This document shows, piece after piece, positions 1-12,357 of a stretch of DNA of 64,000 bases. Positions within the stretch are counted from its first letter, which is position 1. Each line of letters starts with the position of its first letter. The notes under the pieces were generated by a model, which had not been told where the DNA came from, did not search any database, and saw nothing but the letters and a program-made list of their open reading frames with translations. The stretch covers positions 3,493,455 to 3,557,454 of the forward strand of contig OZ316899.1 in the NCBI GenBank assembly GCA_973895155.1. Direction: 5' to 3'. The stretch comes from Marsupella aquatica (Eukaryota > Plantae > Marchantiophyta). The translations under genes were made by a program, and so were the position numbers.

Positions 1-1107
1 AACTTACAACGTTGACTAGGGGTGAAGGGTTTAGGGACACTGTTACCCACAATAACATCCTATGGAACGACGTTAACTGATTAAATATGTAGTACAGAAC
101 TACATTAATTAAATTCAACAAATTCCCTGCAACCTCAAAAACAACGTTAATTTGTGAAGAACGTCGTGTGGCTAAACGCTATTTGGGTTAATGTTGCAAG
201 ATACGTTGATGCTTGGGGTTTTATACATCGTGGGGGCCTTTGTAAATTTTTCTCACAGGGGACATGGCAACCTATGCATCGGACCATGATGGGGGCAGGC
301 ATCGTTGGCATAGATACCATCATCATCATAGGGGGACGTATGAATTGTTGGATAGGCGGAGGGATGACTTGTCTGTCGATGACAATGAGCATGGTGGTAG
401 TTCTCACCGACACAAACACCATCATTGGCATAGGGGGAGTTAAGCTTCATTGGGCTATAGGAGCGATGACGAGCGGCGGAGGAGGAGGGATGACAAGGGA
501 GGGAGGGAGGAGGAGGGATGACTCATCCTATGAGGACCATGGTGGGTCTACTTACACCCAACGCAGAGACAACCATCATCATAGGGGGAGGGACGACCTA
601 TCGGCCTGGGAGAGAGATTACTCACCAGACATGTATGATCAATCTAGGCATCATCGATCCAGGAGTCATTGACGCAGACATCGTTCCGAGGGCAAGAACG
701 GCTGGAGCCCCCATCGTGCAGATGGATTTGGAGAGGCCATGGCTGCTCTTCAGGGGATTGGGCCAGTTCGCAAGATGCCTTGCCCTTGCAAATGATGCAA
801 GGGTGTTGTCTTACATGAGAGGACCACTATCCTTAGCCATTTAGGGATCCATGGTAGTTACATCCCCCCGACCCAAGAGGTAATACAATTTTCTTGGGTA
901 TTGCAATTATGATAACATCTCCTTTAATTATTTTTTGATTGTCATATTCTGAACTTGTTTTGGTGAACATGTGGAACAGATTCCTGTTGTAGTGCGATCT
1001 TTGCCTGTGGACCGCTTGAGAGACATTGCATGTCGTGCGCTCACACCACTCGTCCATCCATCAGCATTGCGAGCCACATTGAGGGCAATAGACCGTGTAT
1101 TTTGTAG

Positions 1108-1485
1108 GAGGAGGAGAGTGTTTAGGATGTATCCTATTGAGAGGGAGTAGTGGTGACCTAGGATTGTTTCGCCCCAATGCCCTTTTCTTGATGCATCTTG
1201 TCCCGACAGTGTCCAACCTTTAGTCAATATGGCATGTCACTAAAGTTGGACCCTAGGTATGCTCAGATTGATGGTTACCTGCCTCGCACGGGGAACTTGG
1301 CGGGTTACATCAACAACACTATTGGTTCTTGGCGTTTAGGGTTTAGGCCAAACGCTGAGTGGCACAAGTACCATGACCTGAGTCACCCTCGTTTTCCTGT
1401 AGCATGCACGCATTACATCTTGACACATGCTACCCACACCATTAGAGCAGGGGAAGAGATTCTTGTAGATTATGATTGGCATTGA
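1108..1485 (+). pseudogene. SET-domain fragment (transposon cargo)
   Basis: ORF 1198-1485 reads YGMSL...IDG...GNLAGYINN...PNA...ILTHATHTIRAGEEILVDY, matching the SET signature GNxARFINH..PN...A.RDI..GEEL..DY. The upstream part of the same frame has stops. Confidence 0.65.
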
Positions 1486-2103
1486 TGTTTACATGTGTAC
1501 ATGACATATTCATTATGGGGTGACCCTTGCATTTTTCATTATTGACGTTTCATTGTAAGCTTTATCACGGAAACCCTTTCTCTAATTGTGATCTGTCATT
1601 GCATATTGAGAACTCTAGGATGGTGTACATATTACTCCCACACCTCACCCATCAATGATGACTACATCAGCCCGTGCCTTTCACGTACGTGCCACCTTAA
1701 ATTTCTCAAATGAGGAGGATGTTGAGGGTCATCCCCTTGACCATGATGAGATGGATGATCAGGATGAGGAGTACCATGATGCATATGATGGAGAGTTGGA
1801 TGATGATGGAGAGTTGGATGATGATGTTGACGATGAGGGAGATGTGACCCTATCCTTGAAGAAGATGCCTTTGCCCACCTTGTTGACGTTCACTTTGGAC
1901 CTCATGCACCTGACGCCGAGCACCCTATCATGGAAGTGGATCAAGAAGATTGGGATCACTTGGAAACTGAAGCCAAAACACCACTATTTGAGGGATCTCC
2001 ATCCTCACGATAAGGTTGTCCTTAAATTATCACAACTCTGAAATTTCATCCATTGAATATTGGGCAGTCTAAGTTGTAGTGCCAGGCATGCCATCTAGCT
2101 ACT

Positions 2104-5100
2104 TTGACTAATTGCAAAAGTCTGGTTTTTGTGGTTTTGCAAATACAGGTTGGGTGCAACTTTGTTGATGTTGAATTTGCAAGGAGTTTTCAATGGTTCG
2201 GATGTTTATACAGATGCACTCTTCCAATTGTTCCACACCAAACTCTTGCCCCAACCAAACACTCTCCCTGGATGTGTGAGGGAGGCTAAGAAGTTGTTAG
2301 CCTCAATTGGATTGGCTTTAGAGACTATCCACATGTGCCCAGGTGTGTGCATCTTGTATAGAGGGGTGTACAAGGATCACACTCACTGCCCAGAGGAACA
2401 CTGTAGGCTTCCATAGTATCGACCAGACACCATTGGAGACAAGATTGCAGAAAATGTAATGTTTTCCTCAACGCAATGTGAAAACAAGAAAGTTTGACTT
2501 TTAACGTTGCGTTCTTTCAAACAACGCCGTATATGACTATGTTACTTGATTACTTTACGTCGTCCATCTCACTTAGCATCTTTCAAAATGACGTAGATGT
2601 TTTTTAACGTCGTATGGGAATCCATAACTAACATCTCAAGATACATCATATTTAAGAAACATTGTCTGTGACCGTGTTCTTTTTCCTGATACGTAGTTTG
2701 GAAGGATGTTTAGTGTTATTGTCGTCAAATTGACGACGTTACATTGATTCTGGCAGGTTTTTTGTTATTTCCCAACCACTCCCCACTTCAGCATCTCTAC
2801 CAACAAAAGCACTTATCCACACTACAGACTTGGCATGTGGAGAACAAATCCCCACCAGGGATAATGCGATACCACCAAGATAGTCCAACGTGGAAGCACA
2901 TTGATGCCACTTGGCTGGATTTTGCCCAGGAGCCTAGAAATATTTGTTTGGGGTTGGCAATCGATGGAATGAACCCATATAAGCAACGACGGAAGCCTAA
3001 GTCCATCTGGCCTATTCGTTTGATAAATCATAACATCCCTCCATGGTTGGCAATGAAGAAGGGTCATGTACTTCTATTAGCTATAATTCCTGGACCCAAG
3101 GCCTGTAAGAATCCTGATACCTGTTTGGCTCCAGCTTATGAAAAGCTACATAATCTGTGGGAGGTTGGAGCATCAACAATAGATGTCACTCGTGAACCAG
3201 GCAATGGCAGGACCTTCAATATGAGGGTGATGATCACTCATTGCACCATAGATGGTCCAGGTAATTCATTGGGAAACCCAATGGCTATTGTTTGCACAAT
3301 GTCATGTACAATGCATGTGTTGGGGTTATTTGTGGTTTGAACATGGTTCAATGAAATGCCAGGTATGGGGACAATATCTAGCCTGAAGGTGGCAGGTTTT
3401 TCAGCTTGCCCTTTATGTGGCCCAGAGTTGCATGGGAGGTACTCAAGACTACTACACAAAACCACATATGAGGGCAGTAGGGTCCGGTTGGCAATGGATG
3501 ACCACTTGCAACAAAACACAACACATTGGGCAGAGACTGAATTGCGGCCATGTCCTAATGGCCCTTCAGCTGAAGGACAAATTCAAATGGCAGAGAAGGT
3601 GGAAGCAAAGTTACTGAAACCCAAGGATTGTGGAGTAAACCGATGCTCAGCTATGTGGGACTTGCCTTATTGGAGGGTAAGTGATAGAATTAAGTGCATG
3701 GTTCCTTTACAGCAAATTAGCCCAATTAAATGCTTAAGTTAGAGATTGCAATTGATGAAATATGCTATTTCAATTTCCAGAGACTCCAGGTTTGATGGTT
3801 GTTGGACCCCATGCACATTGAAGTGAATGTTGCAAAGAACTTGGTGAAGCACATTTATGGGACGAATGACACTCGTGGAGTCCGAGAGGATGCTGAGAGG
3901 GTTGGAGTAGTGAAGAGTTGTTGGATAACACGTATTGGGGAGAAACCTCCTGGTCCTTGGATTTTGCCAAGAGAGGTTTTGAAGGACATGAATGGGATGA
4001 TAAGCGAGATGAAGTTCCCTAGCCATTATGGAGCTGGTTTTTGTGGGTGCACTACAAGGAATGATCACATAATTACCCCCAATAGGGTTGAAGGCTCATG
4101 ATTATCACAAGTTGATTCAACATGTGCTACCAGCAGTCTTGCATTGTTGTGATGATTCTCGAGAGCGTCGTTTACTCCGTCTGACTATATATGAGATGTG
4201 CTCCATTTTCAGGTATGATCACGTACCCTCTTTTCCATTGCTCTCTTGCAAGTCCATGTTGCCACTGCAGGACCCTTGTAATTCAACAAGTATTTCAAAC
4301 TTATTTTTCTACGGCCCGATGTGGATCTGATATACAAAATCTTTGATGGTTTTGAGGAGGAACATAGGTGGGTATGCGCTAAGGAGATAAAGGAGTTGAG
4401 ATTCCTTTGATGAGGGAGAGGTCAACTCGCATGATGTGCAATATGGAGAAGGTGTTTCCCCCATGCATATTTGACATGCAATTGCATTTACTATGTCACT
4501 TGGTGGATGAGGTCGCGATTGCTGGTCCCGTCCATGCACGTTGGATGTATTGGGTAGAGCGCTTCATGAAAGTGCTCAAGTCCAGGGTGCATCAACCAGA
4601 GGGGAGTATGGCAACGGGGTATATCATGTTGGAGTGCCTCTTTTATTCCGTAGGGATGATAGGGGGTTTGGACATAGAAGCTCCCACGGTTGGGAAGAGG
4701 CACAAGATGATGACAATGGTGGGTTGCGTTTGATGGGTGCATCAAAAAAGTGTTCACTACATGACGACATACTTTGACTATAGATCCACAATTATGTGTT
4801 GGGAAATTGCCCAGAGATGTCTCAATGGAGGGAATTGCATAGGTACATATATGCAACTCTATATATATTAATCTAAAAGTAAATGTTATTCTACATTCTA
4901 TGTGTGTAGAATTTAGAGTGGGTTAAAGGAGCACTTCTTTGGATTGTGCAATATTCTCATGGATCCATACATTTTTTGCAGTGCATTCTTGGAGTAGCAA
5001 CTGATAGTTCCACGACGGTATGCATTATTTTGCATATGGGCATTGGAGCGCATGGATAGGGTCATTCCCATTGATGTACAAAACATCATTAGGGGACCAG

Positions 5101-5567
5101 GGTTGTGGGCAACGACCCATACACACATGTATGAGTCAGGGCACCACTTTTGCACTTGGAGGATGGACCACATGAAGAAGAGTACATGTAACTCAGGAGT
5201 GTTCATGTTGACAGACCCAGGTGATGTTGAGATTCCCTATTGTGGCACGGTATTGGATATTTTAGACGTTCACTTTGGGTCATTTACTACTATTGTGTTA
5301 GAGGCGCGGTAGCACAAATCCATCATGTCACCTCCACATAGAGCCACCATGGTGAAAGATGAGTGTGGGTTCTATCGGGTAGACACGACTCGTGTAGCAC
5401 CTTCCGGGACTGAGGTTAGTGACACTATAGTATTTCCTAGCCAGGTGGATCAGTGTATTATGGTTCCAATGCACACTATGAGAGGATGGTCCATCATCAT
5501 TCCCATCTTCCCACGATGGAGGAAGGGTTTGATGGCATCAGTAATTGTAAACGATATGGATCCATGA
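2104..5567 (+). pseudogene. CACTA TnpD-like transposase (Transposase_21 / DUF4218 / DUF4216-type regions), multi-exon, disrupted
   Basis: Motifs LP..VREAKKLL..IGL..ETIHMCP..CILY, DSPTWKHID...EPRNICLGLAIDGMNPY, SIWPI.L.NHNIPPW, LDPMHIEVNVAKNL, KAHDYHKLIQ, EKVFPP..FD.QLHLL.HLV.EV...GPV..RWMY.VERFMK.LK and NSGV..YCG...I. GT..AG introns at ~2456-2756, ~3261-3362 and ~3677; several stops and frameshifts. Confidence 0.9.
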
Positions 5568-5699
5568 CCATAAATGTATTCAGTGCATGTATATATTGGT
5601 TATGGCCACCTTCATGTGGGTTTGTAGCATCTGTGGGTAACGTCGTTGTATGACTATTACGTCCTGAGGCGCAAGGTAGACCAACATATCTTCAAACTA

Positions 5700-6337
5700 T
5701 GTTGTACCAAACAACCTCCTTCCAACGTTAATTCCAGCTGTCGTGCGCATAAACATTGCTACACAACATACATCACTTGTCACACATATCTAAGCATAGT
5801 CACAATCAACATCACAAACATAAGAGAATGGAGTACAAGTGGAACTCCTATCCACACATGTCCAAAGCCCACAATCTTCAAGAGCAATCAAACAGCGATT
5901 GATGCCAATCAAACACACAATCCTGTCCGACGCGATCACAGACTTATGTCAAGCCAAACGCACCTTGCGCCTCAAGGAATTCACGTTATGTACACACAAC
6001 CTAGACAGCCACACCATAGCCGCTAGAGTTTATGCTCGAAAGGCTCAACATCAAAAGATGAGACCTTTGAGCCAACACAAAGAGATATATACCTATCCCT
6101 CATAAACATACACTAACCCTAAAACACTTAGATAACACACATATGAAAGCCTCAAACCTACATAGTCCAATATCCTATACTACCTCATAATGGTGTGATA
6201 GTTGTTGTGCGCATAAACATTGCTACACAACATACATCGCTTGTCACACATATCTAAGCATAGTCACAATCAACATCACTAACATAAGAGAATGGAGTAC
6301 AAGTGGAACTCCTATCCACACATGTCCAAAACCCACA
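5700..6337 (-). repeat. Putative 3' LTR of element C (left boundary uncertain)
   Basis: Begins TG a few nt after the PPT on the minus strand; candidate ...ACAACA end at 5700. No second LTR is available for confirmation. Confidence 0.45.
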
Positions 6338-6339
6338 AT
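5741..6339. repeat. ~135-bp direct repeat pair (5741-5876 and ~6203-6339)
   Basis: GTGCGCATAAACATTGCTACAC...ACATGTCCAAA(G/A)CCCACAAT occurs twice, ~463 bp apart, with only a few substitutions. Confidence 0.9.
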
Positions 6340-6512
6340 TGCCCCCCTAGCTGGGAGCGAGGTCCCCTAACTCTAGCTAGCCATAAGTTCTACAAGGTTG
6401 ATATACACCTTTTTAAGTGTGGAGATCAGGAGGCCGGGTGCAAGTGAGCCCCATCGATCACCTTCTTGCAATCTATACCTTCCATGAGAACACCAATGGT
6501 AACTAGTCGGCT

Positions 6513-6660
6513 TCACTGACATTGAGGACACAACCATGATCCACTAGGAATCACCTCTAATGGTGGTGTCAAACACGACATGTGCCATCCTCTAGAACAC
6601 TTATCACAAATCAACATAGTGGCTACTCCTTGAGCAGATCCACACAACATACACTTCAAG
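6513..6660 (-). other. PHD finger at the C-terminus of the element C integrase
   Basis: CMLC...LICDKCSRGWHMSCLTPPLEVIPSGSWLCPQC is a complete C4-H-C3 pattern ending at the pol stop codon. Confidence 0.9.
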
Positions 6661-6769
6661 CCGGCACGAACATGAGCCAAACTTGGATCTACAGTACCAT
6701 CCGTCAATGTTTGGAAGACGACATGGTGCACAATTGCGCACATGATCCTACCAAACCATACCATCATGT

Positions 6770-7930
6770 CCTTCCAACATTAGGACACCAAAAGACAACA
6801 CTTCACGCACACGTAAGATTGTTTTACCTGCGGTCACATCAAGTGTCGTGGGTGCTGTTTGCTGCAAATAAATAAAATCACCATGATGAAACTATCAAAT
6901 CCTCGCACGATAACCTCCTCCACGAACAGTGACATACCTCAAAGTATCATGATGTTGGGCAATGGCAAGGTTGTCAAAGGCCATGGGCATGACTCTCTCA
7001 AAAACTTGTGCCCTTTCTGAACACACCTTGACCCAAACATTGGGATCATCCAAATCCACAACAATTGCCACATCATGACGAATAGCCGCTGGCAAATCTG
7101 GCTCTCTACCATAGAGTAAGAAATAAGGTGAGAAGGATGCAAGTGATGCTTGTCGACTGAAACGGTAGCCCATAGCTAACCAAGGTAGCTGGAGATCTCA
7201 ATCTTCCAAATGACCAACCTGCAAGCCATACTTACGCAGTCCTCTCTTCACGGTTTGTACAACTCTCTCTGCCAATCCATCTGCCTCAGGATGATCATGA
7301 GAAGTAGTACGATGATCAATAAGAGCTTGCTCACACAACCCCTCAAACTCTCCACAGAATTCCGTGCCCTGATCAGTCAACACCTCAGCTAGTGTTCCAA
7401 ACTAACTGAGTACTCGATCCAAAAATGTGATAGCCACTCCTCCACTAGTTTTATCTGGCAATGTCACTAGTTCAATCCACTTGGAAAAGTGTTCCACCAT
7501 AACCAACACATACCGATTATGACATGGGGTAAGAGGTAATGGACCAGCAAAGTCCAAACTCCATCAATATCCTAAACCCATTATTGGTAATGGATGCAAT
7601 TGGGGAGTGGGAGCATTGAACGATGCTCGCACTTGATCACATACCACACACTTAGCGATCAATTGTTGGACATCAATGCGCATACCACGCCACCCATATT
7701 GTGTCTGCAACAAGCTATATGTGCATTTCACACCAAAGTGACCCAACTCCTCGTGCGCATGTCGCACCAAACGTACTCGTTGTGACGGTTTTGGTACAAC
7801 CAACACCTTGCCATCACGTAGTATCCTCAAATTAAAGATGGTTTCCTTCCCATCAGAATCTCTTGGCTTGTTGTAGAACCCTATCTCGCTCCTTAGCATC
7901 ACAATTGCCAACAATGGAGCCACCACGCAA
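6770..7930 (-). pseudogene. Gypsy integrase of element C (fragmented)
   Basis: HEELGHFG...YGW.GM...C.VC (HHCC), LTDQGTEF, ADGLAERVVQT.K and SPYFLLYGREP are spread over several frameshifted ORFs. Confidence 0.85.
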
Positions 7931-8049
7931 ATATTTTAACACTCTCTTGTCATTATGAATATCTTGCTGCCCAAAAACTACCTCATCAACATCCATATCT
8001 GAAGACTCAACGTGTACCCCATCCAATGAAGTAGAGTCCATAGATCCAC

Positions 8050-9500
8050 TATATGTTAGAACCCAACAAAGAAAGGCAGATGCATGCCATCCTGGCACAC
8101 TCTCCTTATCTAACTCATCATGCCATCGAGCTCCAGTCTCATCCTCTTGACTGGTACATGGATTATGGCTCAACCCATCCGCATCCAAGTTCACTTTACC
8201 AGGCCTATGTACAACCTAGAAATCATACTCTTGTAACAACAATGCCCATCATGCAAGCTTCCTTGTAAGCTTATTAGACTCCATTAACCACTTGAGGGGC
8301 TGGTGATCAGTGATCAAGGTGAACGGATTACCAAACAAATAACAATGGAAATGAGCCACAGCCCACATTGCCGACAACACTCTCCCTCATACAAGCTATA
8401 CTTAGCCTCTGCTAAATTGTTTGATCTATTGGCACACGCCATAACAAACTCATTCCCCTCATCATCCTTTTGAGTCAGCACTGCTCCAAGTCCTACTCCA
8501 CTCCAATCGGTGTGTAGCTGAAATGGTCGTCCCCAAATGGGTCTTCTCAAAATAGATGTTGAAGCCAATCTTTCCTTCAACTCTTGGAAAGCATGCTCTT
8601 GGTTGTCACCCCAAATCCACTCCTGGTCCAACTTAGTGAGTATAGTTAAAGGCTTAGCAAGTTTGCTAAATCCTTTAACATACCGTCTATAATAGCTCAC
8701 CAATCCCAAGAATGCATAAACTCTACTCACATCAATAGGATGAGGAATCTGTGTAATGGCCTCCACCTTAGTCTCTTGCACACCCAATCCTCTTGGGTAG
8801 ATAGTGTGGCCCAAATACTCAATTTTGTCTTGGAAGAACTTACATTTTCCAGGATATATGGAGTTTCAACCCATGTTCTCTCAATCTCTCCGACACAATC
8901 TGCAAGTGTCTCTTACTGATGTTCTTCCACCGTAGCAGAATAGACCAAAATGTCATCAATGTAACATCTCACAAAATCCAAACCTGCAAGAATTCAATCC
9001 ATGACTCTTTGGAATTCAGTCGGTGCATTCTTCAACCCAAATGGTAAGAACAACCACTGATACAAACGATCTTTGCCATAAGAATCAATTCCCCAAAATG
9101 TTGTCCTGGATCTATCAGAATGCCTAATAGGCAACTGATGGTACCCCGCCTTGAGGTCCAACAAACTAAATATCTTTGCATGCCCCACAACATCAAAGAT
9201 CTCCTCTGGTGTGGGCATGGCATATCGATCAGATTTTGTCTGACGATTAATAGGTCGATAATCACCACACATTCGCCTATCTGTGTAATTGCCATGCAAT
9301 CCTTCTTGGCTGGCATCACTGTGGCAAATGCATGAGATCTCCACTAGACCAGCCTCCAACAAATCTTGAGTTCTACTTTGGATCAACGCCCTCTCCATTT
9401 CACTATATTGATACGGTCGTCGAAAGATTGGCGCATCACTAGCCAATTCAATCTGAATACCAGGGCCCTTTGATGTCCCCAAATCTTTCATACTAAATGC
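8050..9500 (-). pseudogene. Reverse transcriptase and RNase H of element C
   Basis: RMCGDYRPIN, LDLKAGYHQ, LPFGLKNAP.EFQR, YIDD region, FLGLVSYYRRYVKGFS, FQLHTDWSGVGLGAVL and NNLAEAKYS; frameshifts present. Confidence 0.9.
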
Positions 9501-9859
9501 AAAACAATTCTAGTAACTCTTCAAGAATTGATGCATGTGACGTCTCTCTCCCCCGGTTAACTTAGGACCAATCTGTGGTAAGTTCCCAACTCTCCATCAA
9601 AGTTGTGACATCCTCCTTTGGGGTTGAAGAGGCCACGGACCGTAGGTTGTGGGTGGAAGAGATACTCGCTCGTTGCTATTTATTCAACAGTTTGAGCAAG
9701 CTCCTTTTGCTCCACAATCTGTTCTGCCTTGGCCAATCCTGCCATAGGTCCATCAATAGTCTGCTTGCCCCCAATTGTGGCCGCTACTATCTCAGTAGGC
9801 CACAAGCTCACCAAAAGATGCTTAGTGACATTATTAGTGCGCATTCGCACCTATTTAGC

Positions 9860-10815
9860 TAACCCCAAGGTGATAATCCAAGTCAAGCAATTCAAATCCA
9901 TGGCTTGACCAAGGACTTGACGACGTGAAATTTCCGACACCAAGGCTACTGTCGTGGTGCTGGTCAAAAATCCCATAGCCCGCTCTCTCTCATTAGCGGT
10001 AGGCTCTACTAGTCATTGTAGAGCTGTATCACACACAAGTCCAGGGCCACCTGTTCAAAATGCGTATGAAGCATAATGGCTCACAAAAGTGGGTAATGCA
10101 CAACGCGGACGCCCAACTACATTCACCACTGCCAATGGGGGTCGATCAGATTGGGTAACACTTTGTGCACGACGCCCTGGATCCAAAATACCATCCACCA
10201 CTAAGGTTGTTGAGTGAGGTACACCATCAAAGGCTCGCTTCAAGACCTCACATGGTAGCAAATTAGTCCACCACAATCGTGGACGATGTGCACAAGAACC
10301 TACACGTGCAGCATCCAATGACACAGCAGGTCCAATCCAAGATTGAACTTGATGAACACTAGCAACAATTCAATGACGATCATCACCCAATAGTGGCACA
10401 TTCTCTAAAATGTATGCAGGAGAATGTGTTTGATGCAGTTGGAGATGGCGCAACACACGTAACATCTCCCAAAATAGTGCAGATCTTGGATCATGAAATC
10501 CATGTCCAATTCCAGCCCAAGATTGACCCTGACATGGCCAACCGCAATCAATGGGGCCAACACGATCCAAATGATCTGCCCCCAATAATGAAATATCAGC
10601 AAGCAATGCATGCTAATAACCACGAATGGCATCCACTGGCAACAACTGTGGATAATGTTCCACCAACATTGCTACATGACGTAGTGAGATCCTCCATGTT
10701 TTCTAATCATTTTCCACATACAAGTAACGACACACAGGAATTCCTGCTTGAAGAACAACAGCCAATCCAATGCTAATCCCACCAAATAAATCCAACAAAC
10801 AAATACCCCCCTCTG
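9860..10815 (-). pseudogene. C5-cytosine DNA methyltransferase domain inside the gypsy polyprotein
   Basis: Motifs in canonical order: I LLDLFGGI, II YLYVEND, IV GWPCQGQSWAG, VI YILENV, VIII AHRPRLWWTN, IX EPTANERERAMGF, X RRQVLGQAMD. Several in-frame stops. Confidence 0.9.
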
Positions 10816-10855
10816 GATACTGCCATGCAATAGGAGTGGTATCCAATGGTGAAAG

Positions 10856-12357
10856 GGTCACCGGTAGTCACGGAACTCGACTACCTTAACACTTAGCTCC
10901 GGCGTCGCTGACTCCAACGCCGAGCTCCCTTATGGTCCAGGCCCGGATAGGCCATCCGGGGAGGACTTAACATGGGGAGACTTGTGGGCAATGAGACGTG
11001 GCACTAGCGAGGCAAGGAGCCAAGCTGGGGGCACACACTAAGGACTTGGACTAGCCAATGGCTGGTCGGGTCAAGGAGATATGGGCTGGGCTCAAGGATG
11101 GCCATCCGGACCTCCGGATGGACTTTGAGTTATGAGGGCTTGAGTATGAGCTCCTCTTGGGCCCAGGGCCAATGGAGTTGAAGCCATTGGCAACGGACGC
11201 TTGGGGCGCAAGTTGTGGCCCGAGCCGGGTTGGGCCGGTCGGGGGCCCCAAGCGGTAATCAGACCTGAGGGCCTAGGCATGAGCACTGGGTCGGCCCGGT
11301 CACAACGGGCTAAGGCACTCCATTTGCGGATGCCTATCAAGAAAGTTATGGGCGTTGCCAGTTGGTGGCGCACCCATTATGCGCGATGGGATCCGGGTTG
11401 GGGGCCAAATGTTTAGGGACCAAAGCTGGTCTGGGGTGGCATGTCTCCAGAAGCATATATGAGGGGAGTGGTGTCTCCCTGGGGGCTAAGGGCGAGCCAA
11501 AGTCGTGAGCCGCGGCGGTCGCGACACTAAGGGAAACCGCCAAATGGAAATGGCGATATCTTCCCAACGGAAAGTCCGTTGGAGGACTTATTGGGTGTGT
11601 TAGAAAGCTCTTGAGGAGGGATACGCCCTCCGGAGCTCAGCTGGATCTGGGGGTACCTTGGGGTCTTGGGGTTTGCGGGTGTTAACTCACCCGCTTGCCA
11701 AATCCTGCCGAACAGCAGCCAAGCCGCGTTCAGTCTCCCAAGGGAGGTTGCATTGGGGAGGCAAGGCCAAGTAGGTGTGTAGGTTGAGTCCCAAGAGTGT
11801 TTGGCCCCTAGACCATTAGTGAGGTGAACCAAGAGTGGATTCTAGGGTTGGGGCCATTCTGGTCTCGGCGTGTTGGGCCATGAGCATGTCCTGAGATCAG
11901 GGCGGTCAGTTGGTGATGGATAGGTACGAGGGGGAACCCGAGCCGCGCCCAAGGAAGGAGCTATCCTGGACAGACAGTGGGCGTGAGCTCTGGTTCCGGC
12001 TTATGGCATCGGGAGGACCTATCGCTGACCTATTTACCAACGTCTGTTGAGCTTGAGTTAGGATGCTAGACTTGGGGAGTTCTAGATCCTAAAGGATCAC
12101 TTACTGAGGTGCTTGGTTGCTTGTGTAGATAGGGAGGACCATTGAGTAGCGGTTGTGTTAGGGAGCAAGTGCGGCTTCGTATGGGAGGGGCCACTGGCGG
12201 TGCAAGGGGCACTAGGTTGCTTGCTCGAGGTATTCCGTGGAGGCGTTCGGGCACCAAGGGCACTTAGGCGTGAGTGCTGGGATTGGTGAGGGCGCTGGGT
12301 GGCAAGGTCCAGCACTCCGGTCCATCGGCAAAAGACTGTTGTGCTCCTGACTCTAGT
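10856..12357. mobile_element. Unclassified ~1.5-kb GC-rich insertion flanked by a GTGAAAG direct repeat
   Basis: GTGAAAG at 10849-10855 and 12358-12364; removing the insert and one copy restores the in-frame join VMLS-PLDTTPIAWQYPEGGICLLDLFGG. Confidence 0.65.

Larger units (their letters stand above)
1..5650 (+). mobile_element. Decayed CACTA/En-Spm DNA transposon (ends not resolved)
   Basis: Contains TnpD-type transposase motifs over 2.1-5.6 kb plus recurring AACGTCGT/ACGACGTT motifs at the left end, in the first intron and at ~5640. Only a 10-bp candidate inverted repeat (GTTACCCACA 42-51 / TGTGGGTAAC 5632-5641) is visible. Confidence 0.7.

Noticed and set aside
20-40. Telomere-like GGGTTTAGGG motif
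   Set aside because: An isolated unit, not an array; similar single units occur elsewhere by chance.
38-51. CACTG..TTACCCACA as the definitive left TIR pairing with 5632-5641
   Set aside because: Only 10 bp match, the right end lacks the terminal CAGTG, and no 3-bp TSD is verifiable; kept only as a candidate.
154-844. ORFs 154-672 and 518-844 as genes
   Set aside because: Low-complexity composition, overlap with CATCATCATAGGGGG repeats, and no recognisable domain.
10856-12357. Helitron or CACTA identity for the insertion
   Set aside because: It has a 7-bp duplication (Helitrons make none, CACTA make 3 bp) and no matching opposite terminus.
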